From Octopus sinensis (Eukaryota): 64,000 nucleotides of DNA. The stretch covers positions 3,290 through 67,289 of the forward strand of contig NW_021836317.1 of the NCBI RefSeq assembly GCF_006345805.1, given 5' to 3'. Below are positions 12,031-25,116 of this stretch, one piece after another. The notes beneath the pieces are model-generated. The model was not told the origin of the DNA. It saw nothing but the letters and a program-made list of their open reading frames with translations, and did not search any database. Numbering within the stretch: position 1 is the stretch's first letter; each line of letters starts with the position of its first letter. Position numbers and translations under genes: made by a program.

Positions 12031-12559
12031 TATATGGCAGAAGCAACAGGGCGACTCAATGTTCGATTGCCTCGTGCGTATAGAGTGACCGCGTGAATCT
12101 CTCGGACCTTGACTCAGTGTCTTGCTTCCGCTAAATATTGATAAACATTTACATATACTCATATTTTGGGTTCTATTTCTCCTGTTTAAATCACCATATG
12201 TGTATGTGTGTATATATATATATGTATGTGTGTAGGAATTCGGTTGCGTTCCATTACTTGATAGATGAAAAAAATATATACAACCAAACGACATAACATA
12301 ATGTAAAAGTAAACGTGAGACAAACAAAGTCCATAATTATCCATCAGCTATCGATCAACGGCACTTTGCAATTTCGTACCTATAAGGATAAGACTGAATG
12401 CTTCCCAACTGCGGTGCCTGCAAAAAAAATAAAGGTTTACTGGTTTGCACAACAATCTGCGCAGATGATCCATCAACTGTGACGAAACGTTTGGGTTGTG
12501 CCTAAGTTCATTCTTTCTATGAAATCCGCATTAGCTGTAAAGGTGGACATGGCTTAGAC

Positions 12560-12850
12560 GTATTAATAATAAGTCAGAGATATTCGTTTCAGATCTCGCA
12601 GAATACGGTGGAAAGAGAGAATTGTTATCAGGTGACAGTTATATGCACTGATCAGAGAAGATTTTGTTCGCTGAAATTGTAAACAAAGGTTATTTGTCTA
12701 GATTCAAGAGATCAGGATGCGTCTTGCTGATGAAGTACATTTTGCGCCGTTCCAACCGTAGCCTCGTCTTTGACACACTTCTACAGCGGAATTGCATCAA
12801 TGACCAGGATACTTTTGGTGCGACGGAAATTCTTGACACCAATTAATGAG
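12560..12850 (-). pseudogene. Possible Tc1/mariner-superfamily transposase remnant
   Basis: Minus-strand VLHQQDAS and LSPDNN loosely resemble the FQQDxAP and SPDLNP motifs. Very degraded. Confidence 0.3.
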
Positions 12851-14996
12851 TGCTTTAGTGAAATTTAAAGTCTGTTTTTGTGTGCTTTTGCCTAGGAATT
12901 ATGTGTCTTCCACGCTGTAATCGTTTTATATGCATCACAGGGGTCAATCTAATGTAGTTTACGAGATAAAACAACACGGTAATGCTATAGAAATACATAA
13001 AAATGAATGTTTTGAAAACCAATAATAATAACGAAACAATCATACTAACAATGGCAGTGAATAAATAAATAAAATTTGAATAAATTACCTGAAAAGCAAT
13101 TACTTTCTAATGGTGATGCTATCGAAAGGAAACGAGGAACTAATCAGTAAATTTCTTCTTTTGGAGATATTTTCATTACATGGTGAGTATGCCGAAGAAG
13201 AACGAAATGTGATTATAATGGCTTGCGAACTATTTTAATTTGTAACTTAATTTCTTTTCGATTTACGTCTATTGTGATGCTATTTTAAAAAGCCACCACT
13301 GACATATAAACCTAATTCGCTCAAATTTCTTCATTTGACGGACAATAAAATTTTCCTGTAAGATACGAGTTTGTCTTAACCTTACAGGACATTGGTGCGA
13401 TGTCGAATGATTGGTTTAGATATTTGGTTTACAATCATGAATTACGGGATTCGATGCAATAGCGAAGAATTATACGCCCACGTATTGAAATATCATTGTA
13501 GCCCCAGGGAAAACTCAGACTTGTCATTGAAATTTGGATCCACGTTATCTACGTCAGGCTCCTTGGCGGACGGAGTATGCCGATGGTTCGAAAGCCCTGG
13601 GATAGTAAGCACTATATTGTACTGAACAGTGGATAATATCGTTGAGACTTGAAATACACAGCTGAATGTATAAATGGAAAGCTCAGTGGTCCAAACCCCA
13701 AATACCTACGCTCATATCATTGGGTATAATTCAAAAGAGATGAAACCGCGTGCGGTTATTTGGGAGTCTTTGAAAATTCATTAAAAATATTTAAATGGCA
13801 GCGTGATTCTTTAAACCTCGCTGTCGAGGAAGAAAATTGTAGATTATTTCTAGTTGTGTGAAAGATATTGTTGTCATGGAGATGTTGTACACTTAGAAGT
13901 ATTGTGCAATAAGTCACACAAGTCTCTCTCTTCTGAACGGCAAAATGGAGGAAGTGGATTTTCTTATTTTGAATCAACAATTGCCTACGCGGCAAATATA
14001 CATTCTCCTCGCCGTTAGAGTTATATAAAAAAATGAAATGTCCAATAGTCATTGAAAATATCCGCCCTCAACCCTGTTTGATTTTTATAGAACTTGATGT
14101 CATATCCTCTATTTGTTGGGTCTGTTGCATAATAGCATTAATACAACTTGTGTCAAGTTGTATTCCTTTAGAAAGCAAATAATTTGGTTAATCTACATCT
14201 GAGTAAACTGATATCGGTATTGGGGAATTAATTTCTGTCTTAATCGCTGTCAGAGACGTTGAGATAAACCTGACACTTAAAACTCTAAAATTATAAACCT
14301 ATCGAACATACGCGATTTTATGGAGTCACAAGAGCAGCTATAAAGAGGAGATACATCATTGCTCATATCACACTCCACCACTTCTGAAAAAAGAAGATTC
14401 CATTGATCATATGATCTCCTGAATAACAAATGGCTGCGTGGGCACAGCTGAGCTATTTTGATCATTGATCTGATTTGATACGATGATCAAAAATCAGCAA
14501 CGATTTCCAAAATAATAACAAAAGTAAAAATAACAGGAAAAACAGAAGAACCAATGCCAATGGTTCAATGAAGACGTCACAACTGCTACAACACCCCGAT
14601 ATCAGTAACTGATTTCTAAACCACAGCTCAACTAAATTTGTCATTTTTCGTTAATCGGTTACAATCTTGATTCAACAGTATTGGAGATTTTAGATTCGAA
14701 TCTGTCATATTCAGATCGATAACACATTTTTATTAACTTTATTTAGCACTCGTCTTTTAATTTCTTGACGTCTCACGTGAGATAAAAGATATCCATAGTG
14801 CTTTGCTAAATATAATGGAGTACACCTATGACTAAAGGTTTTGGAATCCATGACAAACTTTTTATTGAGTATCTAAACCTCCATTGCATAAAGTGTCATT
14901 ATGACGATGGGTTTTCATCTCTGGCGGGTAGAACGACCATGTAAAGGCTTTCTCGCTTAAAATGCGAAAATCTTTGTAATATTGCATTTGTGAAGT

Positions 14997-15175
14997 CGGC
15001 GAGCTGGCACAAAAGTTAGCACACCGGGCGAAATGTCTTTATATTCTGAGTTCGATTCTGCCTTTCATCCTTTTCGTGTCGATAAATTAAACACCAGTTG
15101 CATAATGGGGGCGATCTAATCGACTTTCCCCCTCCCCAAAAATGTCGGGCCTTGTACCTAGAGAAGGAAAGGATA
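14997..15175 (+). mobile_element. SINE family B with alternative tail
   Basis: cggcgagctggcac head, ctttcatccttttcgtgtcgataaattaa core, and tail cccctccccaaaaatgtcgggccttgtacctagag. Confidence 0.85.
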
Positions 15176-15509
15176 TTGTGTCTGTGAGGTTAAAGTCACC
15201 AGTGCTACATTATCATAAACGCATTTTTGTTAGTGTCTGTGGTCTTCTCTGTATCGTTTCTACCATCGATAAAATATTCTTATTTTATTGATCATTTAGG
15301 AAAGTATTCCTTGTGTGAATTTATCTTTTACCCTGCATCACAGCCCCACACACAGTAATTTTCACTTCTTCATGCCCATGGAATAATTTACAAAGAAATT
15401 ACAGCAGTGGTGGCCCAGAACCTCATGTGAGTGTCACTCATTTACGAGAAGAAACTTTAAATGCACATGACTGTCAGACAAATTTACACTTGCCTTGCAC
15501 AATACAATA

Positions 15510-15898
15510 TTAATAAGAGCACTGGGAGAGAGCGAAACTCCACCGAAGTAACATCGATGTCCTCTCAACCATTTGCCAGAAAGGGTTTTTTTTATATGAG
15601 AATATCTGAAATATACTCGACTGCTTTCACAAACGAGAATAATAAATTTGAACCCGACCGCTCGCAAAAATTAATACAAAAAACGAAAAAGAAAAATAAT
15701 TCAGAACCCTTCTCCTGTATCGGATCGATCCCAAAATATAATCGTTTCGTGCCAGTCACGAGACCAAACATCTCTGAAGGTTTCATGAGAATTCATCCAG
15801 TGGTTCTGGAGATAACGTGTCCAAGGATAACAAACAAACAAACGAAGAAGCATGATGGAAAGCAATACTTTCCGGCTTCGCTAATGCGGAAGTAATAA
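15510..15898 (+). mobile_element. Helentron-associated (HINE/DINE-1-like) non-autonomous element
   Basis: Start aataagagcactgggagagagcgaaactccaccgaag, core tttcatgagaattcatccagtggttctggagata, (acaa)n run, and terminal hairpin tacttccg...cggaagta followed by ataa. Confidence 0.65.
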
Positions 15899-16806
15899 AC
15901 TTGAAGCATTTATGCTAATATACACGAGTTCCTGCACTTATGCTAATCGAGGCGTTTCATTTAATTAAGTAAATTTAGCGCTTGCTCAATTTACAATGTG
16001 TTGCCCTAGGTGACGAAGCCTGGTCCTTAAAAATCATAAAACCGGAGAAGATTTAGGAAGCAAAGTTTCCGGAAAACCAATGATGTCTCTCTCGTTCACA
16101 ATTACTTGGCATTCATAAAATACCCAATAATTATACTACGTGCTTCTTGATGCCTTCAAGTGACAATATTGCTCCAGTGAGATCAGCAAATATCAAAGCC
16201 TCGACAGAGTTCTTTAAATTCAAATAATGAATGTGAACCTACATGTCATGTGAAGTCATCTATTTTTATTATAATACTACAAAATAGCAACTTCCATTCC
16301 TTTACGTGTTTGGAATTATCTAAATGAAAAATTATTCGTATAAATTGGATGTTAATTAAAGAAGTAATTGATGGTAAATTTTATAAAATTATGATTACCA
16401 AAAGAATAATTTTTAAAACGAAATTTACTGCTTTGAGTGATTACGAAAAAAGATGAATAAACAATTAGGTAATCCGTTTACGATGCCCAAGGATTTAAAT
16501 AAAGAAAATTCAATACATCATGGAGGATCTACTTAGCATTAGTGAAGAAAAGCTACTAAATCATCGTCACCGTTCTTGCAATTTGAATTTAAGATGCGAA
16601 CGTTAAGCCAACCGACCAGTGATCAATCACATAACGCTAGCGATGAAGACAGTAGAAGATATTATAGATCCTTCGGCCAAACTCAAAACTTTACTGATTC
16701 CGAAATCTGCATATAAAATACGGTACACGAACACTGTACAGAAAACTACACCATGACTGTCAAATATATCAATCACTCTCTCTCCATTTTCTTTCCTTCT
16801 TTGCCT

Positions 16807-16837
<31 letters not shown>

Positions 16838-16852
16838 ATATCTTTTATAATT

Positions 16853-17042
16853 ATGAATATAATTATAATAGGGTTCAGCAAAAATAAATTGTTTTACCAT
16901 ATACCGATGCTATGCTGAACCCTAATTATAATTATATTCATTGCATTAAGTTTACCGAAAATGGCCCTTTTAACATGCCGAATACTACTTGGTGGAATTC
17001 TTAATTCTTAATTAATTAATTAATTTTACCCTATATTATTAT

Positions 17043-17045
<3 letters not shown>
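16853..17045 (+). mobile_element. PLE-like fold-back element in (TA)n
   Basis: Arms 16853-16880 and 16913-16941. The tail ends aattaattaattttaccct, like 22347-22440. Confidence 0.6.
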
Positions 17046-17086
<41 letters not shown>

Positions 17087-17675
17087 GTGTGTGTGTGTGT
17101 GTGTGAATGAAATCATGGGCGACATATTTCTTTCCAAAGATTTTACATATTTTCCCAATGCAAATAGCAACATACCGTGTACAATATCGTTGTGTGTGTG
17201 TGTGTGTGTGTATTATAATAAAGAATAAAAATCTTTAATGATTTTACCACGTGGTCAGCTCGGAAATAAAAACCTCATAGGAAAATTTTAGAAAATATTT
17301 GATAATTATATACATAATTATGAATAGGGATTGGATATACGCCTCGCCATGCACTGTCAATTATAAGAAATGTTTTAACTTTGAGGTGAAGAATAATTCA
17401 ATTTTGTTTTTCCTTTTTTCTTAAAATATTCCTTTCTTATATTTTTACAAGGAGGCTGATTGGAGCTTTCCAATTTCTGCCTTCTAATCTTTGTCGAACT
17501 GACCATAGGTGTCAAACCACACACCCATTTATTATATACAGTACTCTCTCTTTCTGTCACATTTTCTTCTCTCTCTCTCTCTCTCTCTCAATCGCTCTTA
17601 ACACATGCACATACACACACACACACACACATTCACACAAACAAGCACCACAAGCGCACGCACACACATACACAG

Positions 17676-17712
17676 ATATATGCGTGGTCTGATCAATAAG
17701 TATCCAGACGAA
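17676..17712 (+). mobile_element. Possible mariner terminal inverted repeat fragment
   Basis: tatgcgtggtctgatcaataagtatccagac resembles TA-flanked mariner TIRs. No partner end found. Confidence 0.35.
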
Positions 17713-17744
17713 GCACTTTTCGAGTGTTAGGCCGCATGAAGGCA

Positions 17745-18219
17745 ATATGGCTCACGCTGGTGTCGCATAACTGACAGGTAAAAAGCACCTTTGGAGCGTT
17801 CAGCCTCACAGAGGCAACATCAAATTACTGGGACCTTTGACAATATGCCATGCTTTAGAAAAAGACTCTGCAAACCAAGGGGAAGCGTAGTTCTGACAGG
17901 TACTGGTGCCACGCAACTGAAACCCGTACCTGTGGCATAAAAAAGCACCCATTACATTCTTGGAGTGGTTGGCGTGAGGAAGGTCATCCCGCCGTTGAAA
18001 CCAACCCAAATCAGAGTGGTGTCTGCTGCTGCCTTTCAGTTTATCGGTCCTTGTCAAACCGGCTAACACATACCAGCATTGATAACGGACGCTAAATGAT
18101 GAGGATGATGAAGATGATAATAATGAAGACGATGATGATGATGATGATGATGATAATGATGATGATGATGATGATGATGAAGATGATGATGATGATGACA
18201 TTGATGATCATGACGATGG

Positions 18220-18250
<31 letters not shown>
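17745..18250 (+). mobile_element. RTE-related SINE/non-autonomous 3' portion with expanded (GAT)n tail
   Basis: ggagtggttggcgtgaggaaggtcatcccgccgttgaaac motif and end ...cagcattgataacggacgctaaatgatga running into (GAT)n at 18097-18250. Confidence 0.65.
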
Positions 18251-18251
<1 letters not shown>

Positions 18252-19485
18252 GTGTGTATGGATGCGGTAATATGTGTACATGCTTTTCACTAATTGATAT
18301 TTGTAATATTTGTAACAATTGAGGAAAGGTAAGTGGAATAACGGTTGTTTTCTACCATTTTATTTTTGCCGAAATTAATCTCCCTTGCGATTATTTTTTG
18401 TAGCGAGTTATATACACTCCCTTTACTCTTTTGCTTTGAGAATTACGTTCAGTCAATGACTGGCACGGTGGAATCCTATTACGAACATTGCATTGTTCAG
18501 CGATTGATATGTAAAATAAATGAATTAGACACGCTCTCACAGGAACAAAATACCAGACCAAAACCTGAATAATTCACGTTTTCTTTTATAATACAGTAAA
18601 TGTTAAATGGCGTAGATTCGTGCCGAATTTGCAATTATTGTATTCAGCAGCTGCGCTATTTTATGTGAATTAGATCAGTGTTTCAAATTACTAGCCCCAT
18701 TTTTCCGGGTTTTTTTTTCTTCTAAAAGTGAAAGTAATTAGTTTCCCAGAACGTATATTTCACCTGTCCTGAAATAAGTGTCATGTGAGCCGTGACATAT
18801 AATCTGTTGTGTTGGGGAAAAAATGGAACAATGTCTGGCTAAAAGCTAAAAATTATTTACCTATGTCCGTGATGCTAAGGCACTTAAATATCGCATAACT
18901 CATTTTCGTTAGCTCTATACAAGTGCACCACACCATGTCAATGAAATCATGGACGACATATTTCTTTCGAAAGCTTTTACATATTTTCCCAATGCAAATA
19001 GCAACATACCGTGTACAATATCGTTATATTTGTGTAAATGTCCCTGCAACGTTAGCTCGGTCAGTCTCACATTTAAAAAGGTTAAGCATCAGTAGATAGT
19101 GTTTGTTATTTCAATATTTACGCGGTTAATGAAATAAATAGCAGTTTGAAAGTGTAATAAAAATGCAGTCGATCGCATCGAATAGCGGATTCCATAACTG
19201 AATAAAGTGTCTAATGGTTAAAGTAGCGAAAGAACATAGATAACGTTTACGTGTTTTATTTATATGTTGGTGTTGAACGAAATGGAATTGTCAGAGAGAG
19301 ATTGAAATGTTTTTAACAAGTGAGCAAAAAAGATTAACAATGATTTACTATCCCCGAAATTTTATTAGTTGTACAAGAGACACAACGGCAATGAATATTT
19401 CATTGATGAATAATTGTTGAATATTTATATTGAACGTTGAGTAAGGCCAGATATAGGCGGGGTATTTGGAGATATGATTTGCTTA

Positions 19486-19891
19486 CTCTTTTCCTTTTTT
19501 ACATGTTTCAGTCGTTTCACTGCGGCCATGCTGGAGCACCGCCATTAGTCGAGCAAATCTACTCCAAGGTTTATTCTTTGTAAACCGAGTTCTTATTCTA
19601 TCCGTATCTTTTGCCGAACTGCTAGGTTACGGGGTTGTAAACACACCAGCATCGGTTGTCAAGCGATGTTGGGAGGGGGGACAAACACAGAAACAAAAAC
19701 ATATAAACACACATACATATATACGATACGACGGTCCACTTTCAGTTTCCGTCTACCAAATCCACTCACAAGGCTTTGGTCGGCCCGAGGCTATAGTAGA
19801 AGACACTTGTCCGAGATGCCACGCAGTGGGACGGAAACCGAAACCATGTGGTTGGCAAGCAAACTACTTACCGCACAGATACTCCTGCGCC
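19486..19891 (-). mobile_element. SINE family A, full length
   Basis: Reverse complement of the consensus seen at 22503-22908. Confidence 0.9.
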
Positions 19892-20174
19892 CAATAATTT
19901 CTTTTGAATATTTACTTTATATTTTCGTAATAATTTCTTTAAATATTTTCATTCTGTTTCTTATTTTAGAGAATGGAATTCGGCCATGCTGGTGCAATAC
20001 CTTGAAGCGTTTAATCAGGCTAATATTCCCTATACTTATTGTTTAACGTCGTATACATTGGAGAGCCCTCTAATGCTGAATAGCTCGGTTACGCGGACGT
20101 AACTCAGCTAATTTGGCTACATATAGGAAAGAACACCGGTTGTGAAGCAATATGGTGTGGAGGTGGGCATAAAA

Positions 20175-20887
20175 GTGGCACACCGTCGGCTTCGACGATG
20201 ATTATTACAGTTGAAACGGTCAACGGAACAGCCTGCTCAGGAAGTTAACTTGCAAGTGGTCGAGCCCTCCACAGTTACGCGTACTCTTAAAGCAATTCTC
20301 AGGAAGATTCGGCCCGATACAGAATACTCTTTACTCTTTTACTTGTTTCAGTCATTTGACTGCGGCCATGCTGGGGCACCGCCTTTAATCGAGCAACTCG
20401 ACCCCGGGACTTATTCTTTTGTAAGCCCAGTACTTATTCTATCGGTCTCTTTTGCCGAACCGCTAGGTGACGGGGACGTAAACACACCAGCATCGGTTGT
20501 CAAGCAATGCTAGGGGGACAAACACAGACATACAAACATACACACACATACATATATATATATACATATATACGATAGGTTTCTTTCAGTTTCCGTCTAC
20601 CAAATCCACTCACAAGGCATTGGTCGGCCCGATGCTACAGTAGAAGGCACCTGCCTAAGATGCCACGCAGTGGGACTGAACCCGGACCATGTGGTTGGTA
20701 AACAAGCTACTTACCATACAGCCACTCCTGCGCTTATGTGACAAATTTGATCATTGAAATTCAACAAAAACTCATTTGTAACAGGTGAATAGACAACAGC
20801 AGCGAGAAGGAAAGCGCCTCCCGATATCGAACCCGCCACCTAACGAAAGTGAGCCGAATACACTCACCATGAAGCCATGCGCTTTCA
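20175..20887 (-). mobile_element. Old SINE family C copy interrupted by a younger SINE A
   Basis: Tail 20175-20325 (caacggaacagcctgctc...gatacagaat) resumes at about 20738 (gtgacaa...) and ends in a degenerate tRNA head at about 20820-20887. Confidence 0.65.
20326..20737 (-). mobile_element. SINE family A, full length
   Basis: Near-consensus copy with a (gagtaaa)-type tail and an internal TA/CA microsatellite. Confidence 0.92.
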
Positions 20888-20929
20888 CATATTAATTCAA
20901 AGACACACACACACATACACAATACTTAC

Positions 20930-20991
<62 letters not shown>

Positions 20992-20994
20992 GTT

Positions 20995-21278
20995 TGTTCC
21001 TTCTCGAGCAATGCCAGGCTCATAAGGGTCGGTTTCCCGGTTTCCTTGGCGTATAGGTTCCCAACCTGGACTGGACGCCGGTCCGTCGCTACTGAACTGC
21101 AATGTGCAGGAGGAAAGAGTGAGAGAAAGTTTTGGCAAAAGAGTCAGCAGAAGTTCGCCATTACCTTCTGCCGGAGCCGCGTGGGGCTTAGGTGTTTCGC
21201 TCATAAACACACATATTGCCCTATCTGAAATTCGAAACCACGATTCCGCTGCTCTAACCACTAAGACATGTGCCTCCA
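20995..21278 (-). mobile_element. tRNA-derived SINE (OR-like head, V-like 3' segment)
   Basis: Minus strand: ggaggcacatgtcttagtggttagagcagcgg..gtttcgaat, gtgtttatgagcgaaacacctaagc, then gacggaccggcgtccagtccagg. Shares its 3' part with 9437-9530. Confidence 0.8.
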
Positions 21279-21302
21279 TATAAATATATATATATATCTT
21301 CG

Positions 21303-21427
21303 CCATGATAGATCGCTGGCCACTACACATTCTTTATTTTCTCTCCTTGTTTCTTTCTGTGTTCCTTTCTGTTGAAGAGCGTAGGCTCGAAACATCACCT
21401 ATCTTCTTTTGGGTTTTTTCTGTGAAT

Positions 21428-21432
<5 letters not shown>
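21303..21432 (+). mobile_element. Short element D with hammerhead-like motif, copy 1 (internally deleted)
   Basis: ccatgatagatcg...ctacacattctttattttct...ctttctgttgaagagcgtaggctcgaaac. Homologous to 39649 and 62349. Confidence 0.7.
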
Positions 21433-21498
<66 letters not shown>

Positions 21499-22144
21499 AC
21501 CGGACACACACATACATATATAATGCAGGCTTTCACACACTTTCCATACCATATTCACTCACAAGGCATTGGTTGACTTAAATCTTTGGTAGAAGTCACG
21601 AAACCATGTCGCCCTTTTATTGGGATTGAATCCGAAGCAATATGACTGCTAAATCTCCTCACCACACAGCCAAGCGTAAGCGTATACTATTTATTTTCTC
21701 TTGCAGGTATACATTATTAATATTGATAAATATCCTAAATACGTCCATACAACTTTAAAATTCACTGTAAAAATGTGTCAATTGGCGATAATTTGAAGGA
21801 ACGAATGGGTTTTTATTTATTATCTATTCCGAGTCACATGTTTATAGAATTCGTTTCACGTTATTGATTTGAACAATTCCTAAATGAGCGATAATGGTCT
21901 AGTTGTTGTCTTTTTGTTTTTCTCTTTTTATTGATTACTTTATTTGAAATGTTTACGTTGCGGCTTTTACAGGGTAGTGGGTTTTCTTGACGGGATTCAC
22001 ACGAATCAATTACCGCTTCCTGCATACTGGCGGCGGTGAGATTGAAATGCCAGTGCTTAAACAAAACGATGCAAAAACTATGGGAATAAGATTTGTAAAG
22101 AGACGCTATTAAGTTTTTTATCGACCATGTCAATAGTCTTCAAC

Positions 22145-22187
<43 letters not shown>

Positions 22188-22207
22188 TATATTATATATA
22201 TATATAT

Positions 22208-22266
<59 letters not shown>

Positions 22267-22286
22267 CAATATATATATATATATAT

Positions 22287-22439
22287 ATTATATAAAAGGG
22301 CTTAGTAAAATAAATTAATTTATTTTACTAAGCCCTTTTATATAATGTAATAATTTGAATTCGCCTTGAATGGTCCCTTTGCATACTGAACACTTGGTGA
22401 AATTGATTAATAATTAATTAATTTTGCCCTCAATTGTTG

Positions 22440-22440
<1 letters not shown>
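22287..22440 (+). mobile_element. PLE-like fold-back element collapsed to a perfect 60-bp palindrome plus tail
   Basis: 22287-22346 is self-complementary with no loop. The tail is homologous to 16942-17045 and the element lies inside (TA)n. Confidence 0.7.
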
Positions 22441-22499
<59 letters not shown>

Positions 22500-22502
22500 T
22501 CA

Positions 22503-22908
22503 ATAGGAGTGGCTGTGTGGTAAGTAGCTTGTTTACAAACCACATGGTCACGGGTTCAGTCCCACTGCGTGGCACCTTGGGCAAGTGTCTTCTACTATAG
22601 CCTCGGGCCGACCAAAGCCTTGTGAGTGGATTTGATAGACGGAAACTGAAAGAAGCCTGTCGTATATATGTATATATATGTATATGTGTGTGTGCGTGTG
22701 TGTTTGTGTGTCTGTGTTTGTCGCCCTAGCATTGCTTGACAACCGATGCTGGTGTGATTACGTCCTCGTCACTTAGCGGTTTGGCAAAAGAGACCGATAG
22801 AATAAGTACTGGGCTTACAAAGAATAAGCCCCGGGGTCGAGTTGCTCGACTAAAGGCGGTGCTCCAGCATGGCCACAGTCAAAGGAATGAAACAAGTAAA
22901 AGAGTAAA
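22503..22908 (+). mobile_element. SINE family A, full length (tRNA-derived)
   Basis: A box tggctgtgtggt, B box gggttcagtccc, ccttgggcaagtgtctt core, internal microsatellite, tail gaaacaagtaaaagagtaaa. Confidence 0.92.
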
Positions 22909-22920
22909 TATATATATATA

Positions 22921-23562
22921 TGACACCATTGCTCATATCACAAGGCAATGCCCTACACTTGTATAACATCGCTGCAAGTTCTGAAGACATGGTTAGGTAG
23001 CGAAAGTGCTACATTTGAAACTGTGCGAAAAGTGGGGCTTAATGAGAGGCAAATCGTAGTGTGAGGACAAACCACAGAAAGTGGCAGAGTTGGATACTAA
23101 CAAAATCCTCTGGGATTTTCCAATCCAAACAGATCAGGTGCTAGAACATAACAGATCGAACCTAGTGGTGGTGGACAAAGTGCAGCGCATATTCTATATA
23201 GTTGGGGCTGAATACCCCTTTGAGTCACGTATAGTCAAGCAGGAAGGCGAAAAAATAGACAAGTACAACTTTCTTAAGTATGAAATACAACGGGTATAGA
23301 AAATAAAGATGGGTATATAGTGCCTATTAGTGTTGTGTCCTTGGAAACACAATCAGAAGTGATCAAGAGGAATATCAAAGTAATTGGTATAGCCTTCACA
23401 GTAGAACTGCTACAAAAGGTTTGACTTCTTGGCACGTTCAGAATAATCAGGCAAGTATTGGATAGCTGTAAAGAATGCATAGCATGGCGCCGCAGGCTGC
23501 ATGTAGCAAGCACGCTAAGCATGCAAAACTACAGGCGCTCTAACATGACTTGTGACAAAAGA

Positions 23563-23635
<73 letters not shown>
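22921..23635 (+). pseudogene. R4/Dong-clade LINE 3' fragment (RLE endonuclease region) with (AAT)n tail
   Basis: DTIAHITRQCPTL, KVLHLKLCEKWGL, KILWDFPIQTDQVLEHNRSNLVVVDK, EKIDKY and LLQKV*LLGTFRIIRQVL, with stops. (AAT)n at 23563-23635. Confidence 0.88.
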
Positions 23636-23636
<1 letters not shown>

Positions 23637-24027
23637 TAGTCTCTGGGGGAGACTTCGAGCGAACTTGTACAAATATAAAGCAAAAGTCAAACATAGAATA
23701 ATAATAATAATAATAAATTAAAAAGATAGTGTCCAGTGGAACTGCTTATATACTACGCAAAATACTTTCTATGTAATCTCAAGTTTTAAAACAAACATAA
23801 TTTTCGTATGGTTCTTTAGTCATTCACTAGTACAACACTAAATACAAAACCAAATATACGGCACCCTAGACATAACACCAACATGAACTTCCAACTTATT
23901 GTCTCTTGAGGTCTCTGGGTGAGACTTGGAGCCAGCTTGTGCAAATGTAAAGCAAAAGTCAAACATAGAATAATAACAACAACAACAACAACAACAACAA
24001 CAATAATAACAATAATAATAATAATAA
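23637..24027 (+). mobile_element. Two tandem 3' ends of a second R4/Dong-like family
   Basis: gtctctggg(g/t)gagactt...aaagcaaaagtcaaacatagaataata at about 23639 and 23911. KKIVSSGTAYILRKILSM* at about 23721-23777. Each end is followed by (AAT)/(AAC)n. Confidence 0.8.
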
Positions 24028-24570
24028 AGATATGTAAGAGGTGACCTTTACATTTTTCTGTTTTACTTTAATATTCTCAAATAATATTTACCTTTCTTCT
24101 TCTTAATTAATTAAAATTAACACGCAGGTACTATTGGTGTTGTAAGAATTTCCGTCAGAAATATACGTGCATGCAGTTTACAAATTTGTAGATTATGCAC
24201 GCCTGGTGTGCTCAATAATGTAAGAGCAACGACCAAAATAATCTGTAGACAGTTTGTATATTTACGGATTTTCGAAAAGTATATTTCCAGAAACACATTC
24301 AAATGTACTCCAGACATTTCTTTCTTTGCCTGCTCACCTAATTTCGTGTTATAATCCATATTCAATATTTATATAATTAAAGAATTGAACAAATACATTT
24401 CAAACAAAATTACGTAAGTTACACAATTAAAAAAAAAGCTGACCAATTTCGCTTTGGATTGATTCGTATCTGTCTCTCAATCTCTCCTTTGCAGCGTCTC
24501 CCTCTCTGTTTTAACGCTCATCTTTATCAGACTATATCTATTAATATGTATGAATATGTATACATACATA

Positions 24571-24624
<54 letters not shown>

Positions 24625-25085
24625 TATGCACACACACATACTCGCAAATATAAATAATTATCTCTCAACTAACAACATGGTGATTTTTTCCTTTTAACAA
24701 AAATTTCATTAATTTTATATATTCCGATCAGAAAATCATACCTACATAAATACATACATACGTACATGTATGTATATATTTACGTACATATATATATATA
24801 TATATATACATATGTATTTATATATATATGTATGTATATATATATATATTAATATTATATATATATATATATATATACATGAAATCCCCCCTTGTTATTT
24901 AAATCAGTTATTTGTATACTGAAATAGAGTTAAAATAACGTTCCGCTTTCGTTTCATTTTAAACCAATTTTTGTCAATATAAAACATTTAAACAAAACTG
25001 ATAAAATCAATGTTTATACACACATGCATATATATATAACATATATATATGTATATCTGAATGTATTTGTGTAAATATATATATG

Positions 25086-25116
<31 letters not shown>

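Noticed and set aside
21690-21710. Strong splice-acceptor-like ttttctcttgcag|g (also 7680 and 42850)
   Set aside because: No convincing downstream coding frame and donor, and such motifs are common in AT-rich DNA.
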